Shown: positions 9,033-18,962, numbered from the stretch's first letter. The stretch is 34,976 nt of DNA from Treponematales bacterium (GCA_041739325.1 JBGSOB010000111.1:1-34976); one strand, 5' to 3'. Numbers and translations are program-made. Notes: generated by a model from the sequence alone, not told the origin.

Positions 9033-9980
9033 TTAGCCGGTGGCGAGGGCGTTTAGGGTTTCTGAGCCTTGGCTTTCTTTGATGATCTCTCCTACCTTGC
9101 AGGGGCAGGAGGCCTTTTCTCCGCGATATTTACGGATAAAGCCAGAGGGGCGGTAGGTCATCTTTGCCTGGCGCAGGCCTTCATCGCCTAAGTCCTGCTC
9201 GCGGTTGATGTGCTTAAAGTGGCTTGGCAGGGTTTGGGCAAAGGCCTGGTTGATGAATTGGTAGATGCCCTTGTAGTCGTCCACCGCCTTTTCAAAATGG
9301 ATGGCGAACATCTTGCCCTTGGCAAGGGCCTCTCCCAGGCAGAAGGCGGCGGGCTTCCCGTTTACGTAGTAGACGGCCCCGCGCAGGGAGAGGGTTTCGT
9401 GGAGCTTAAGGCCTTCGCGGGCCGCCTTTGCGTCTCCGGCTATGCCGCGTTTTTCGCACCAGGCGTCAACTACGGAAAGGGCGTCTGAGAGGGTGGTGCG
9501 GTCCAGCGGTTTTTGCTCGTAGCTGTAGGATGAAAGGAAGGCGTTCACCAGGTTGCGCTTCTTGTGATAGCTCTTGCCGGAAAGCTCGGCCAGGTCTTTG
9601 CGGTCGTAGAGATAATCAAACTGATCTCGGTCTTCCTGCACGACAAGGCCGTTGCACTCCAGCACCACTTGGTGTTTGCTTACCTGCTCTTCGGTGAGGT
9701 GGCGGTAATAGTCGTGATCTTTAAGCAGTTGGTTGATATGACCGCAGTCGGGCACGCAGCAGGGGGTGTAGAAGAAGCTTTGGCCGTTCTTCTTGCCTGA
9801 AATGACGAAGGTTTTTCCCGGTATCCGGCTGATGCGGTAGTCGTAGCTTTCTCGGAAAAGGTAGAGGCCGGAAAAGGTGAATTCCGATATCCCGGCGGTG
9901 ATCATATTCAAGGATGGGTAGAGCTCATTGCGCATTCCCAGCTCAATGGGGGCAAACTCGGGGTAATTGGGTACTGACAT
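9033..9980 (-). CDS. Conserved hypothetical protein, possibly DUF2156 / lysyl-PG-synthase C-terminal-like fold
   Basis: Start placed at MSVPNYPEF (9980) with an AAGGGA RBS. The longer ORF-track N-terminus overlaps the divergent transporter gene. The family assignment is from memory only. Confidence 0.4.
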   Translation of the reverse strand: MSVPNYPEFAPIELGMRNELYPSLNMITAGISEFTFSGLYLFRESYDYRISRIPGKTFVISGKKNGQSFFYTPCCVPDCGHINQLLKDHDYYRHLTEEQVSKHQVVLECNGLVVQEDRDQFDYLYDRKDLAELSGKSYHKKRNLVNAFLSSYSYEQKPLDRTTLSDALSVVDAWCEKRGIAGDAKAAREGLKLHETLSLRGAVYYVNGKPAAFCLGEALAKGKMFAIHFEKAVDDYKGIYQFINQAFAQTLPSHFKHINREQDLGDEGLRQAKMTYRPSGFIRKYRGEKASCPCKVGEIIKESQGSETLNALATG

Positions 9981-10102
9981 TCCCTTAAGATAGACGTGCG
10001 CCCTGGCGCGGTCAAGCGCATTTACCCTGCGGTTACCGAACTTTTGCCTAATAATGAAAAGACGGCTTGCGCAGGCGGCGCCGGATGGGGCACTCTGCGG
10101 GC

Positions 10103-11014
10103 ATGACGAACAGCTTTGCTTACCTAGGAGAAGCGGCCGCCCTGGGAACCGCCGCCTGTTGGACGGCTTCTTCAGCCAGTTTTGAGGCCGCCACCAAGCG
10201 CATTTCATCTCGCTCGGTAAATATCATCCGCTTGGCCATGGCCTTCGGCTTCCTCTGCATCTTCAATCTTTTTTACCGCGGCATGGTTCTGCCCACGGAC
10301 GCCGGTCCGCGGCAGTGGCTCTGGCTGAGCGTTTCCGGCCTTATCGGCTATACCCTGGGCGACCTCTTCCTTTTTGCGGCCTTTGCCAGCGTGGGCGCCC
10401 GCGTTTCCATGCTCATCATGGCCCTTGCCCCAGCCCTCACCGCCCTCTTGGGCTTTATCTTCTTAGGTGAAAGCCTTTCCGCCAAGGCCCTCTTGGGCAT
10501 GGGACTGACGATGCTCGGCATTGCCATTGTGGTGCTCAAGCCCGGCCAAGGCAAGCTCAAGCTCTCCCATCCGCTGCGGGGCATTCTTTTGGCGGGCGGG
10601 GGAGCGATGGGTCAGGCGATAGGGCTTATCTTTTCAAAGCTTGGCATGGATATGGGCGAGGGCATGCTCTACCCTGCCACCGCCGCTGGGCAGATTAGGG
10701 TGCTCTCCGGCTTTGTGGGCTTTGCCGTCTTGTACAGCTTTATGCGCATCTGGCCCCAGGTTTTTTCCGCGCTCAAGAACCGTCAGGGCATGCTCTTTTC
10801 CCTCTCCGGCTCCTTCTTCGGGCCCTTCGTGGGGGTGAGCCTTTCCCTGATCGCGGTGGCAAACGCCGAGGCTGGGGTGGCTTCCAGCCTCATGTCCATC
10901 ACCCCCATCCTCATCATTCCCATTTCGGTTTTTATCCTACGGGAAAAGATCCGCGTCTTGGAGATTCTGGGCGCCGCCCTAGCCGTTTCCGGCGTTGTCT
11001 GTATGTTCCTTTAG
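10103..11014 (+). CDS. EamA-family (DMT superfamily) transporter
   Basis: About ten TM helices in two EamA-like halves (AALGTAACWTASSASFEAATKRISSRSVNIIRLAMA ...). The start could instead be the ATG at 10085. Confidence 0.65.
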   Translation: MTNSFAYLGEAAALGTAACWTASSASFEAATKRISSRSVNIIRLAMAFGFLCIFNLFYRGMVLPTDAGPRQWLWLSVSGLIGYTLGDLFLFAAFASVGARVSMLIMALAPALTALLGFIFLGESLSAKALLGMGLTMLGIAIVVLKPGQGKLKLSHPLRGILLAGGGAMGQAIGLIFSKLGMDMGEGMLYPATAAGQIRVLSGFVGFAVLYSFMRIWPQVFSALKNRQGMLFSLSGSFFGPFVGVSLSLIAVANAEAGVASSLMSITPILIIPISVFILREKIRVLEILGAALAVSGVVCMFL

Positions 11015-11053
11015 GGCGATGTCGGCACTTGCGCTTGCGCTGGCGCAAGCGGC

Positions 11054-12775
11054 TTATTTTACGGCGTGGCGCTTAACCTTGCGCGTCGTCGTCATTTCAA
11101 GGGGCTTGTCCAGCACCGTACTGCGCGAAATGCGCGAGTAGGGCAGAAGGCGGCTGTTGACTTCTGCCACGATAGCCTCGATGCGCGCCTTGATCTGAGC
11201 TTCCTTCAAGGCGTTGCCCGCCGCGGCCCTTGCCTCAAAGAAATCCTTTGCCGGGTAGATGAATACCTCAATGCCCTCGGTGCGCGCAGCCTTGTCCGCC
11301 ACATAGCCGCGGATCAACACCTGCTCTACCTCGCCAAAGAGTTGGAATTCGTTTTCGATCTCCTCCGGGTAGACGTTCTTGCCGCCCTCGGTAACGATCA
11401 TGTTCTTGGCCCTGCCTGTCAGGTAGACGTAGGACTCGGCGTCCAGCCGCCCCACGTCTCCTGTTTTAAACCAGCCGTCTTCGGTAAAGACAGCCTGGGT
11501 AGCCGCCTCGTTCTTGTAGTAGCCTTGCATCACCATCGGCCCCTTGATGGCCAATTCCCCATTGCCGTTTGCGTCTGGGCTCAAGACCTTCATTTGGGCG
11601 CCGGGGACAAGGCGGCCCACCGATGTCGGTTTGTAGTGCTCTATGGGGTTGAGGGTGACGATGGGCGACGTCTCGGTGAGGCCGTAGCCCTGAACGAAGT
11701 CTAGGCCCAGGCGGTTATAATCCGCGAAGACGGAGGGCGCCAGGGGGCCACCGCCGGATATGCAAATGCGCAGGGTTGAGAGGCTGGCCTGCTCTAAAAT
11801 GGAGTGGAATATCTTTTTGCCGGGATTGATGCCGGTGGCCTTTTTAATGGCGCCGGAGACAAGCATGAGGGCGCGGATGATACCGTAGACGAAGGCGCCC
11901 TTGGCCTTGATCTTGGCCATAATGCCGTTGATGAGCTTGTTAAAGAGCATGGGAACCCCAAGGAACATCGTCACCTTGGCTTCCTTGAAGTCGCGCAGTA
12001 CCTGGGCAATGGCCATGCGTTTTGCGAAGACGATCTCGGCGCCTACCGACATGGCTTCAATAAAGACCGCCAGCATGGTGTAGGAGTGGTGTATGGGGAG
12101 GAGGGCGTAAAAGACGTCTGTGGGGAAGATGAGAAGATTTCCTTGGGAAAGGAAGCAGTCTGCCGTCAGGTTGGCGTGGCTGAGCATGACGCCCTTGGGG
12201 TCGCCCATGGTGCCGGACGTAAAGAGGATGGCCGCTAGGTCAGCCTCTTTGGGCTTGCGCTCCGCATTTAAAGTTGCCTTGGCCTCGAGGTCGTAGAGGT
12301 AGGGTTTGCGTTCCGCGCTGATGGAGTAGAGGCCTTTAATATCCAGTTTCTTGGCGGCAAAGAGGTCGAATTTTTCCTCGTCGCAAAAGACCATCCCCGC
12401 CCCCGAGGCGCGGATGAGGGCCTCGGCTTCTTCCATGCGTAGCTGATGATCTAGGGGAACGACGACGCAACCGGCGTAGAGGACGGCTAGGTAGGCAACG
12501 GCCCATTCCGGGGCGTTTTTACCAGTTACCACTACCCTATCCCCAGGCTGGAGGCCCGAGGCGGCGATATAGCCGGCGAGTTTCAAAACCCTCTCGCGGG
12601 CCTGGGCGTAGCTTAGGCTCTGGCGGCCGTTTTCGTAGATGGTAAAACAGGGCCTCTCGGGGAAGCGATGGGCGGAGATATCGAAAAGCTCGGGAAGGCT
12701 TGGCCATTCCCCGGTAAAGAAGCTCCCCCTGAACTGATCCAGGACCTTCCATGGTTCACGCGGCGTGTACGGCAT
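11054..12775 (-). CDS. Long-chain fatty-acid--CoA ligase (AMP-binding family, FadD-like)
   Basis: Motifs include ILFTSGTMGDPKGVMLSHANL (AMP-binding), YGLTETS and WFKTGDVGRLDAESYVYLTGRAKNMI. Confidence 0.85.
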   Translation of the reverse strand: MPYTPREPWKVLDQFRGSFFTGEWPSLPELFDISAHRFPERPCFTIYENGRQSLSYAQARERVLKLAGYIAASGLQPGDRVVVTGKNAPEWAVAYLAVLYAGCVVVPLDHQLRMEEAEALIRASGAGMVFCDEEKFDLFAAKKLDIKGLYSISAERKPYLYDLEAKATLNAERKPKEADLAAILFTSGTMGDPKGVMLSHANLTADCFLSQGNLLIFPTDVFYALLPIHHSYTMLAVFIEAMSVGAEIVFAKRMAIAQVLRDFKEAKVTMFLGVPMLFNKLINGIMAKIKAKGAFVYGIIRALMLVSGAIKKATGINPGKKIFHSILEQASLSTLRICISGGGPLAPSVFADYNRLGLDFVQGYGLTETSPIVTLNPIEHYKPTSVGRLVPGAQMKVLSPDANGNGELAIKGPMVMQGYYKNEAATQAVFTEDGWFKTGDVGRLDAESYVYLTGRAKNMIVTEGGKNVYPEEIENEFQLFGEVEQVLIRGYVADKAARTEGIEVFIYPAKDFFEARAAAGNALKEAQIKARIEAIVAEVNSRLLPYSRISRSTVLDKPLEMTTTRKVKRHAVK

Positions 12776-12973
12776 ATAAACCCCCCTTAGCGGAAAAAAG
12801 CCGGTTGAAAAACCGACAAGCGAATAAGGGTAGCACGACTTTTTGTCCTAGGCAAGGCTTTTTGTCGGTCGCTCGGCCGACAGGCCGAGGGGGGCTGATG
12901 AGGGAGGCTACGAGGATCTCAATTTATCCTGTTGCAGTGTTATGAGTGGGAGGCTACAATAGGCCAAAGCATC

Positions 12974-13537
12974 ATGGCATCCACAAAACCCGGATTAGAC
13001 GTCCGCGAACAGATCCTTCAGGCCGCCGAGCGTCTCATAGCTCGCCGCGGGACGGATAACACCAGCCTTTTGGACATTGCCACAAAGACAAAACTCTCCC
13101 GCGGAACCCTTTACTACTACTTTCCCACCAAGCAGTCCCTGCTTTTAGCGGTGACGGACCGCCATATGGACGCCGTCACGAGCAAATTCTTTAAGCTCAT
13201 CAATGACCAAAGCCTCACAGACTCGGAGTCCATCCTAACCGCCCTCTTTGACATCGTTCTCTCGGATAGGATGCGCGGCGGCATCCATGCCCACCTCTTG
13301 CAGGAGGCGGCCCATGGCAACCGCATGGTGAGGCGGCGCATCGCCCTCCGCTATCGGGCTTGGAACCACCTCATTGTCCGCGAGTTCCACCGTCTGGGTA
13401 TAAACCGCAAGCGCAAGCAGAAGGCCGCCTTTATCCTAGCGGTTATCGACGGACTGGTAGTGCGCCAACTTCTTTTCGGCTCAAATGCGCGCAAGGGGCC
13501 CTATCCGGGGCTTATAGCCAAGGGCTTGCGCGATTAA
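12974..13537 (+). CDS. TetR-family transcriptional regulator, divergent from the acyl-CoA ligase gene
   Basis: N-terminal HTH LLDIATKTKLSRGTLYYYFPTKQSLL. The intergenic region carries inverted repeats (CCGACAA...TTGTCGG, TGTCGG-n8-CCGACA) that are plausible operators. Confidence 0.75.
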   Translation: MASTKPGLDVREQILQAAERLIARRGTDNTSLLDIATKTKLSRGTLYYYFPTKQSLLLAVTDRHMDAVTSKFFKLINDQSLTDSESILTALFDIVLSDRMRGGIHAHLLQEAAHGNRMVRRRIALRYRAWNHLIVREFHRLGINRKRKQKAAFILAVIDGLVVRQLLFGSNARKGPYPGLIAKGLRD

Positions 13538-13549
13538 GGGGCGGTAGCT

Positions 13550-14134
13550 CTAGGAGCTCGCGCTTTCAGGGCGGCAGTTTTCAAGGTAGTCAGGCATATA
13601 AGCGTGGAAGTCCGTGCGGAAGCCCTCGTAGTCCGCCAGGAGGGGCTCAAGGCCATCTTGGAGATTGTTTGGGGCCCTGAGCCTTTGGGCGAGGCCTTGG
13701 AAGGACCGGGCTAGATGGCTTGTTTCCCGGTATGAGCTCAGCCAATCGTATTTGACAAGCCAGGGATAGACCTCTTCAAGATCCTTCGTCCACCAGGCCT
13801 TCCACTCAAGTATTTCCCGGTAGAATTCAGAGGCGCTGGAAGGCAAGTCTCTGCCCGTCCAGGCCTCCCATTCGAGGGCTAGGAAGTGGTCGTAATACAT
13901 GTCCACCAGGATGCCGGCAAAGCGCCTGAGGGGACTGGCGATGCGCGCCATGGACGCGCGAACCTGTGGGTGCCTGTCCATGTAGATATCGATCTTCCTA
14001 TGGTAGAGGACGCCCGCTTTGATCTCCGGGTGAAGTTCTTCCGGCAGGCGCTTATAGAAATCTCCCAAGACATTGCCTATCCGCATGCCGGGGGAAAGAT
14101 TGCGAGATTGAACCAGATGGCCCAGGTAGTTCAT
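13550..14134 (-). CDS. acpH: Acyl carrier protein phosphodiesterase
   Basis: MNYLGHLVQSRNL... aligns collinearly with the AcpH N-terminus (MNFLAHLHLA...), and the length matches at ~194 aa. Confidence 0.7.
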   Translation of the reverse strand: MNYLGHLVQSRNLSPGMRIGNVLGDFYKRLPEELHPEIKAGVLYHRKIDIYMDRHPQVRASMARIASPLRRFAGILVDMYYDHFLALEWEAWTGRDLPSSASEFYREILEWKAWWTKDLEEVYPWLVKYDWLSSYRETSHLARSFQGLAQRLRAPNNLQDGLEPLLADYEGFRTDFHAYMPDYLENCRPESASS

Positions 14135-14143
14135 AGGAACACT

Positions 14144-14323
14144 CTACACCTTTTCACGGGGTCTGCAAGGATAGGCTGTGAACTTGCTAAATTTTATGAC
14201 GTCTGAGGGCGTGGTGGGGTTCCCTGCCGAAGCTTGAGGTTTTTCCTTTGCAGAGGAAGACCTGCAGGCAGTTAAGCTGAAAATAAGACAGGCGGTGAAT
14301 ACTAAAAGAAAAGAACGCTTCAT
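14144..14323 (-). CDS. Candidate 59-aa small lipoprotein, missing from the ORF track
   Basis: MKRSFLLVFTACLIFSLTACRSSS... has a signal peptide and lipobox LTAC. It ends 9 nt before the acpH start. Its ATG overlaps the alternative starts of the adenylate-cyclase gene on the other strand. Confidence 0.3.
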   Translation of the reverse strand: MKRSFLLVFTACLIFSLTACRSSSAKEKPQASAGNPTTPSDVIKFSKFTAYPCRPREKV

Positions 14324-15863
14324 GAAAACCTCACGTTATTCGCTACGAGCGGAATCAATTCAGGGAATAGCTATCCAAAAAATACAAACCATGGCTTATA
14401 CTAAGGCAATGAGAAAAGCTTTTGGACTCCGCTATTATCTGTATATCCTCATGCCCTTGGCTTTTATTTCCTTCACGGACTGGAGTTACATTTTTATTAG
14501 CAAGCGCTGGGAAATCATACCCTACACGCTCCTGCCGGAGATTGTTTTCTATCTAGTCCCCTTGCTTTTTTTAATGGTCTTTTTCCGGGTAAAGCTGGGC
14601 GCCTTATTGAAGAGCGCCAATCCCAAGCGATCTTCCCAGAAGCTCCTCGTGAGGATGCCGATCATAATCACGGCAGTGATTTTTTTCACGGGGATGGCCA
14701 ACAATATCTACAATTTCTACATCGTTACGGTGGTAGATCCCTCCCCCCTGCCAACATATCCCTGGCATATTTTTCTCTCCTCTACCTGCGGCTATGTCAT
14801 ACTTCCCAGCTTTCTGGCATGGACCTTTTCAGATTTCTGGGCCACTTCCTTTAAAATCCAGCTGCAGAAAGAGCGGGACTTCATTCTCCCTCCAGGCAAA
14901 GCGTGGATATGGGTTCAGATTGTGCTTGTTAACCTCTTTGTGATAGTCGTTCCCTTTATCAATTTTGTGGTTGACGTGAGCGCCTGGATGCGAAAACCCG
15001 CCTTGTTCCAAAGTATCTTCTATACGGACATTCTCGCGCTGAGCCTTGCGATTGTCCTCGCTATCGTTATTTTTACCAAAAAGATAACCCAGCCCATTAC
15101 ATTCCTGGAAAAGGCCATGAACAAGGTAGTTAGGGATGGAGATTTGAATCTTTCAGTCCCTGTATTGGATAACGCGGAAACAGGGCGGCTCACGGTTCGC
15201 TTCAATAGGATGATTGAAGGCCTCAGGGAGCGCGAACTCCTGCAAAACACCTTCGGTAGGTACCTCACCCCGGAATTGGCCAAGGAAGTTCTTTCCCGAG
15301 GGGGGATCATCAAACCCGAGAACCGCGTAGTCACGATATTGTTTACCGACATCGAGAACTATACCGCCCTCTCCGAAAAGATGCCGCCCTCTGAGGTGGT
15401 GGCTATCCTCAATGCCTATTTTTCCGGAATTATCGCCATCATAAACCAGCACAAGGGCGTGGTGAATAAGTTTATCGGCGACGCGGTTATGGCCATTTTC
15501 AACGCGCCCGTTGAGGACGGCGACCATGGCTACAATGCGGTCCTAGCCGGTTTGGCGATTGATCGCTTTTCCCGGGAGAGCGAATTCAATGGCAAAAGGC
15601 TACATACCCGGATAGGGATCAACACCGGGAATGTGATAGCTGGAAACATTGGGTCTGAGGATAGGGTCGAGTATACCGTCATTGGCGATTCTGTGAATGT
15701 AGCCCAGCGGCTCGAAGCCCACAATAAAGCCCTGGGGACTTCTCTTCTTGTAGGGGAACTGACAAAAGAGCTTTGCACGAACAGGATCAGCTTCATCTCC
15801 CAAGGGGAGATTTCGGTAAAAGGCCGCGTTGAGTTATTGAAAGTCTTTACCCCAGTGAGCTAA
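14295..15863 (+). CDS. Membrane-anchored HAMP-domain class III adenylate/guanylate cyclase
   Basis: N-terminal TM helices plus a HAMP-like segment. The cyclase domain includes FTDIENYTALSEKMPPSEVVAILNAYF, KFIGDAVMAIFNAP and RIGINTGNVIAGNIG. The start is ambiguous among 14295, 14322 and 14391. Confidence 0.75.
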   Translation: MNTKRKERFMKTSRYSLRAESIQGIAIQKIQTMAYTKAMRKAFGLRYYLYILMPLAFISFTDWSYIFISKRWEIIPYTLLPEIVFYLVPLLFLMVFFRVKLGALLKSANPKRSSQKLLVRMPIIITAVIFFTGMANNIYNFYIVTVVDPSPLPTYPWHIFLSSTCGYVILPSFLAWTFSDFWATSFKIQLQKERDFILPPGKAWIWVQIVLVNLFVIVVPFINFVVDVSAWMRKPALFQSIFYTDILALSLAIVLAIVIFTKKITQPITFLEKAMNKVVRDGDLNLSVPVLDNAETGRLTVRFNRMIEGLRERELLQNTFGRYLTPELAKEVLSRGGIIKPENRVVTILFTDIENYTALSEKMPPSEVVAILNAYFSGIIAIINQHKGVVNKFIGDAVMAIFNAPVEDGDHGYNAVLAGLAIDRFSRESEFNGKRLHTRIGINTGNVIAGNIGSEDRVEYTVIGDSVNVAQRLEAHNKALGTSLLVGELTKELCTNRISFISQGEISVKGRVELLKVFTPVS

Positions 15864-15975
15864 TTGCCAACGCTTGAACAGCTCCCTGCTTGCGCGCATT
15901 CGCGGGGCCGAGCATAATCCTAAGCCGTAACGCATACCTGAAACCCCACGGGGAGAGAGCCGAAGGGAGCTTTGA

Positions 15976-16512
15976 ATGGCGCTGAAAGCCGAAATATACA
16001 AGACCGAGCTCGAGGTAGTGGACATGGATAGGAACCACTACGAAACCTATAAGCTTACCATTGCCTGCCATCCCTCGGAGACCTTGGACCGGATGATGCT
16101 GAGGCTCCTGGCCTATGCCTTAGACGCCTGCGAGGGCCTGGTCTTCGGAAAGGGCGTGTCGGATTCCGAGGAGCCTGACCTCTGGCTCAAGGACTACGAG
16201 GGCCGCATCCGCCTCTGGGTGGAGCTGGGCCACCCCGAAGAGAAGATTCTGGCCAAGGCCCTCAAGCAGGCAGACCTCGTGAAGGTCTACACCTTTAGCA
16301 CGCGGCCTGCCCTGTGGTGGGAGCCCCTGGCGCCTCGCTTTGCCCAGGAGAAAAAACTCCAGGTGATTCACGTGGACGCCGCTGCCGTAAAGGACCTCGG
16401 CGCCCTTGCGGAAAAGGGCATGTCCATCCAGGTGAGCGTTCAGGATGGGGCTGTCACTGTCCGCAACGCTAAGGGCGCTCAGCTAGAAGTGGGAATGGAG
16501 AGGCTGGGGTAG
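15976..16512 (+). CDS. yaeQ: YaeQ-family protein
   Basis: MALKAEIYKTELEVVDMDRNHYETYKLTIACHPSETLDRMMLRLLAYAL closely matches the YaeQ N-terminus. AAGGGAG RBS. Confidence 0.75.
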   Translation: MALKAEIYKTELEVVDMDRNHYETYKLTIACHPSETLDRMMLRLLAYALDACEGLVFGKGVSDSEEPDLWLKDYEGRIRLWVELGHPEEKILAKALKQADLVKVYTFSTRPALWWEPLAPRFAQEKKLQVIHVDAAAVKDLGALAEKGMSIQVSVQDGAVTVRNAKGAQLEVGMERLG

Positions 16513-16568
16513 GCGGCATACTCGCTTCCTCTGGGAGAGATCAATCGATACAATAGCCCTTGTTTCCA

Positions 16569-17768
16569 ATGGAGGTTACCGCTTTGCTCACGTATACCAA
16601 CACTAAGAATGGCGATGTCCTTTCACGCCTGGGCTTTGGCTGCATGCGCTTCCCGCAGAAGGGCGGGGGGATAGACGAACAGCGCTCCATCGATATGATT
16701 CGGGATGCCGTGGGCCGGGGCGTCAACTACTTCGATACCGCCTATGTCTACCACGGCGGCAAGAGCGAAGCTCTCCTGGGCAAGGCGCTGGAAGGCGGCT
16801 TGCGCGACAGGGTCAAGATAGCGACCAAGCTACCGCCCTACATGGTGCGGAAGATCGAGGGCGCGCACAAGATATTCGCTACCCAGCTCGAGCGCCTCAG
16901 GACGGACCGCGTAGACTACTACCTTCTCCACATGCTATCGGACAAGGCCGGTTTTCAGCGCATGCTGGATTTGGGAGTCATGACATGGCTCGAGGGGCTC
17001 AAGAAGGAGGGAAAGATTGGCAATATCGGTTTTTCTTTCCATGGAACGCAAAAGCATTTTACCGAGCTTGTTCGTGCCTATCCCTGGGACTTTTGCCAGA
17101 TCCAGTACAACTACATGGATGAAAAAAATCAGGCAGGCACCGAAGGCCTCAAGCTTGCCGCAAGCCTGGGAATACCGGTCATCGTGATGGAGCCTTTGCG
17201 CGGAGGGAATCTGGTAAAGGGTTTGCCCAAGGAAGTGGAAGCCCTCTTTGCCGCTACGGGGAAGAGCCCCGCCGAGTGGGCCCTGCGTTGGGTCTGGAAC
17301 CACGGCGAAGTGGGGCTCCTCCTTTCCGGCATGAACGAGGAAGCCCAGATCGACGAGAATATCCGTATTGCCGGCGATGCGGCTCCGGGTTCCCTCTCTC
17401 CTGAGGATCTTGAGGTTTTCGAGCGGGTGAAGGCCATTCTGGCGGCGAGGACAAAAGTGCCCTGCACCGCCTGCGCCTACTGCATGCCCTGTCCCTCCGG
17501 CGTCGATATCCCCGCCTGCTTTAGCGTCTACAATGAAAAGTATCTCATGGGGAAGGGCTCAGCCATTAAGAGCTACTTTATGGGCACGGGGACTCTGGCG
17601 GCACGGGGCTCCTATGCCTCTCTTTGCACGGAATGCGGCAAGTGCGTGAGCCACTGTCCCCAGGCCATAGCCATACCCCAGGAATTGAAGAAGGTGAGGG
17701 CGGAACTCGAGGGTTGGTACTTCAAGCCTATGATCGCCCTTGCCCGGTTTGTCATGCGCATTAAGTAG
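16569..17768 (+). CDS. Aldo/keto reductase fused to a C-terminal 4Fe-4S ferredoxin-like domain
   Basis: AKR core (LGFGCMRF, NYFDTAYVYHGGKSE, IGFSFHG). Cys clusters CTACAYCMPCPSG and CTECGKCVSHCP. Confidence 0.75.
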   Translation: MEVTALLTYTNTKNGDVLSRLGFGCMRFPQKGGGIDEQRSIDMIRDAVGRGVNYFDTAYVYHGGKSEALLGKALEGGLRDRVKIATKLPPYMVRKIEGAHKIFATQLERLRTDRVDYYLLHMLSDKAGFQRMLDLGVMTWLEGLKKEGKIGNIGFSFHGTQKHFTELVRAYPWDFCQIQYNYMDEKNQAGTEGLKLAASLGIPVIVMEPLRGGNLVKGLPKEVEALFAATGKSPAEWALRWVWNHGEVGLLLSGMNEEAQIDENIRIAGDAAPGSLSPEDLEVFERVKAILAARTKVPCTACAYCMPCPSGVDIPACFSVYNEKYLMGKGSAIKSYFMGTGTLAARGSYASLCTECGKCVSHCPQAIAIPQELKKVRAELEGWYFKPMIALARFVMRIK

Positions 17769-17835
17769 CTGGGAGCCTCAAATAATCCCTTCATTTCGGG
17801 TTGCGCCCGCATTCGCCATGGATTATCATTGAGGT

Positions 17836-18162
17836 ATGAAGGCCATAAAGAAGACGGAGCGCCTCAAGGTAAGCCCCTCTACGCAGCTGGGCATTGATCG
17901 TTTGGTTATCCATCCCAACGACGGCTTTGACCTGGGCATGATGACCCGCGAGTATCAGGTATCCCTGTGCACCGAGCTCCCCTTGGACAAGTTTTTAGGC
18001 GGTTCGGACGGAAAGGTTGAGGCGGCGCGGGTAGAGTTACGCAACGAGTGCCCCTCCCAGACTATTCAGGTGAATCCCCAAGTGTGGGAGCGAATAGGCA
18101 TGCCCAGTGCCGCCATCATTCTCTACGACGGCTCCCGGCTCTATCTCCATACCCTGGTCTAG
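17836..18162 (+). CDS. Hypothetical protein (108 aa)
   Basis: GAGG RBS. No recognisable motif. Confidence 0.4.
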   Translation: MKAIKKTERLKVSPSTQLGIDRLVIHPNDGFDLGMMTREYQVSLCTELPLDKFLGGSDGKVEAARVELRNECPSQTIQVNPQVWERIGMPSAAIILYDGSRLYLHTLV

Positions 18163-18194
18163 CGGCTAAAACCCAGGGTACATACCCTTCTTGC

Positions 18195-18962
18195 CTAGGT
18201 CTTTTTCCGACTCAGGTAATCGTAGGCCTTCTTGATGAGGATAAAGCGTTCTCCCTCCGCCTCGTCCCTCGCCTCAGTCTTTTCCTCTGTCTGGCTTCTG
18301 TCTGGGTGACATTCCATGGAAAGCCGGCGGAATTGGCTTTTGAGCTCAGCTTTGCCTGGGGGCCTGGGCTTGGCCGGATCTGGCAGGCACTCTAAGAGCA
18401 TACATGCCATGAGGGCCCCGCGTTCGGGGATGTCGATGCGGCGATAGCCTTTTGCCAGGATATCCACGTGTTTGCTAAAAAGCCTTATCCACGCGGCCCT
18501 CTTGAGGGCGCCCAGTTCGCGGGCTCGCTTTAGGCTGTTTGGAAAGAGGGCCTTTTTCCAGAGGGGCATGGAAGGATTGCGGGTTTTTTCAAGGGTTCCT
18601 AGGTAGAGGATCATGGCTACGATGTCCCGTGGATAGGTCTTGATTATGACACTGATGCGGGCGGTTTTTTTGCCTCTAGCCTCTGCCCTACGGTCTCTAT
18701 CCTCCCACTTGAGTTTGAGGAAGAGGGCAAAAAAAGGGCTGGGTGGAAGTTTGTAGGTGGAGAGAAAATTCCGTAGATGCTGGGGCTTGAGCCTGGGCTG
18801 GTTTAGGAGGCTGTAGGCGATGGGGCTCAGGCTCAGGCCGCGGAGCTTGGATGATGCAGTGAGCAGAGCCTGGAGGCGAGCAAAATCCGGGGCCCTGCGC
18901 ATAGGCCCCCTTTGTTTTTCGAGAAGCTCTTGCAGTGTCCGTCCGAGCGCCCTGCCCCGCAT
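18195..18962 (-). CDS. Hypothetical protein with a C-terminal J (DnaJ) domain
   Basis: C-terminus ...FRRLSMECHPDRSQTEE...ERFILIKKAYDYLSRK carries the HPD motif. The N-terminal ~190 aa are basic and have no obvious motif. Confidence 0.5.
   Translation of the reverse strand: MRGRALGRTLQELLEKQRGPMRRAPDFARLQALLTASSKLRGLSLSPIAYSLLNQPRLKPQHLRNFLSTYKLPPSPFFALFLKLKWEDRDRRAEARGKKTARISVIIKTYPRDIVAMILYLGTLEKTRNPSMPLWKKALFPNSLKRARELGALKRAAWIRLFSKHVDILAKGYRRIDIPERGALMACMLLECLPDPAKPRPPGKAELKSQFRRLSMECHPDRSQTEEKTEARDEAEGERFILIKKAYDYLSRKKT

Noticed and set aside
11066-12238. Plus-strand ORFs (212 aa, 144 aa, 60 aa) inside the acyl-CoA ligase locus
   Set aside because: They are antisense to a gene with unambiguous AMP-binding motifs. 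These are the long antisense open frames expected in 60% GC DNA.
14295-14390. Calling 14295 the definitive start of the adenylate-cyclase gene
   Set aside because: No convincing RBS precedes any of the three candidate ATGs, and the region is shared with a plausible small lipoprotein ORF on the opposite strand. The start is left ambiguous.
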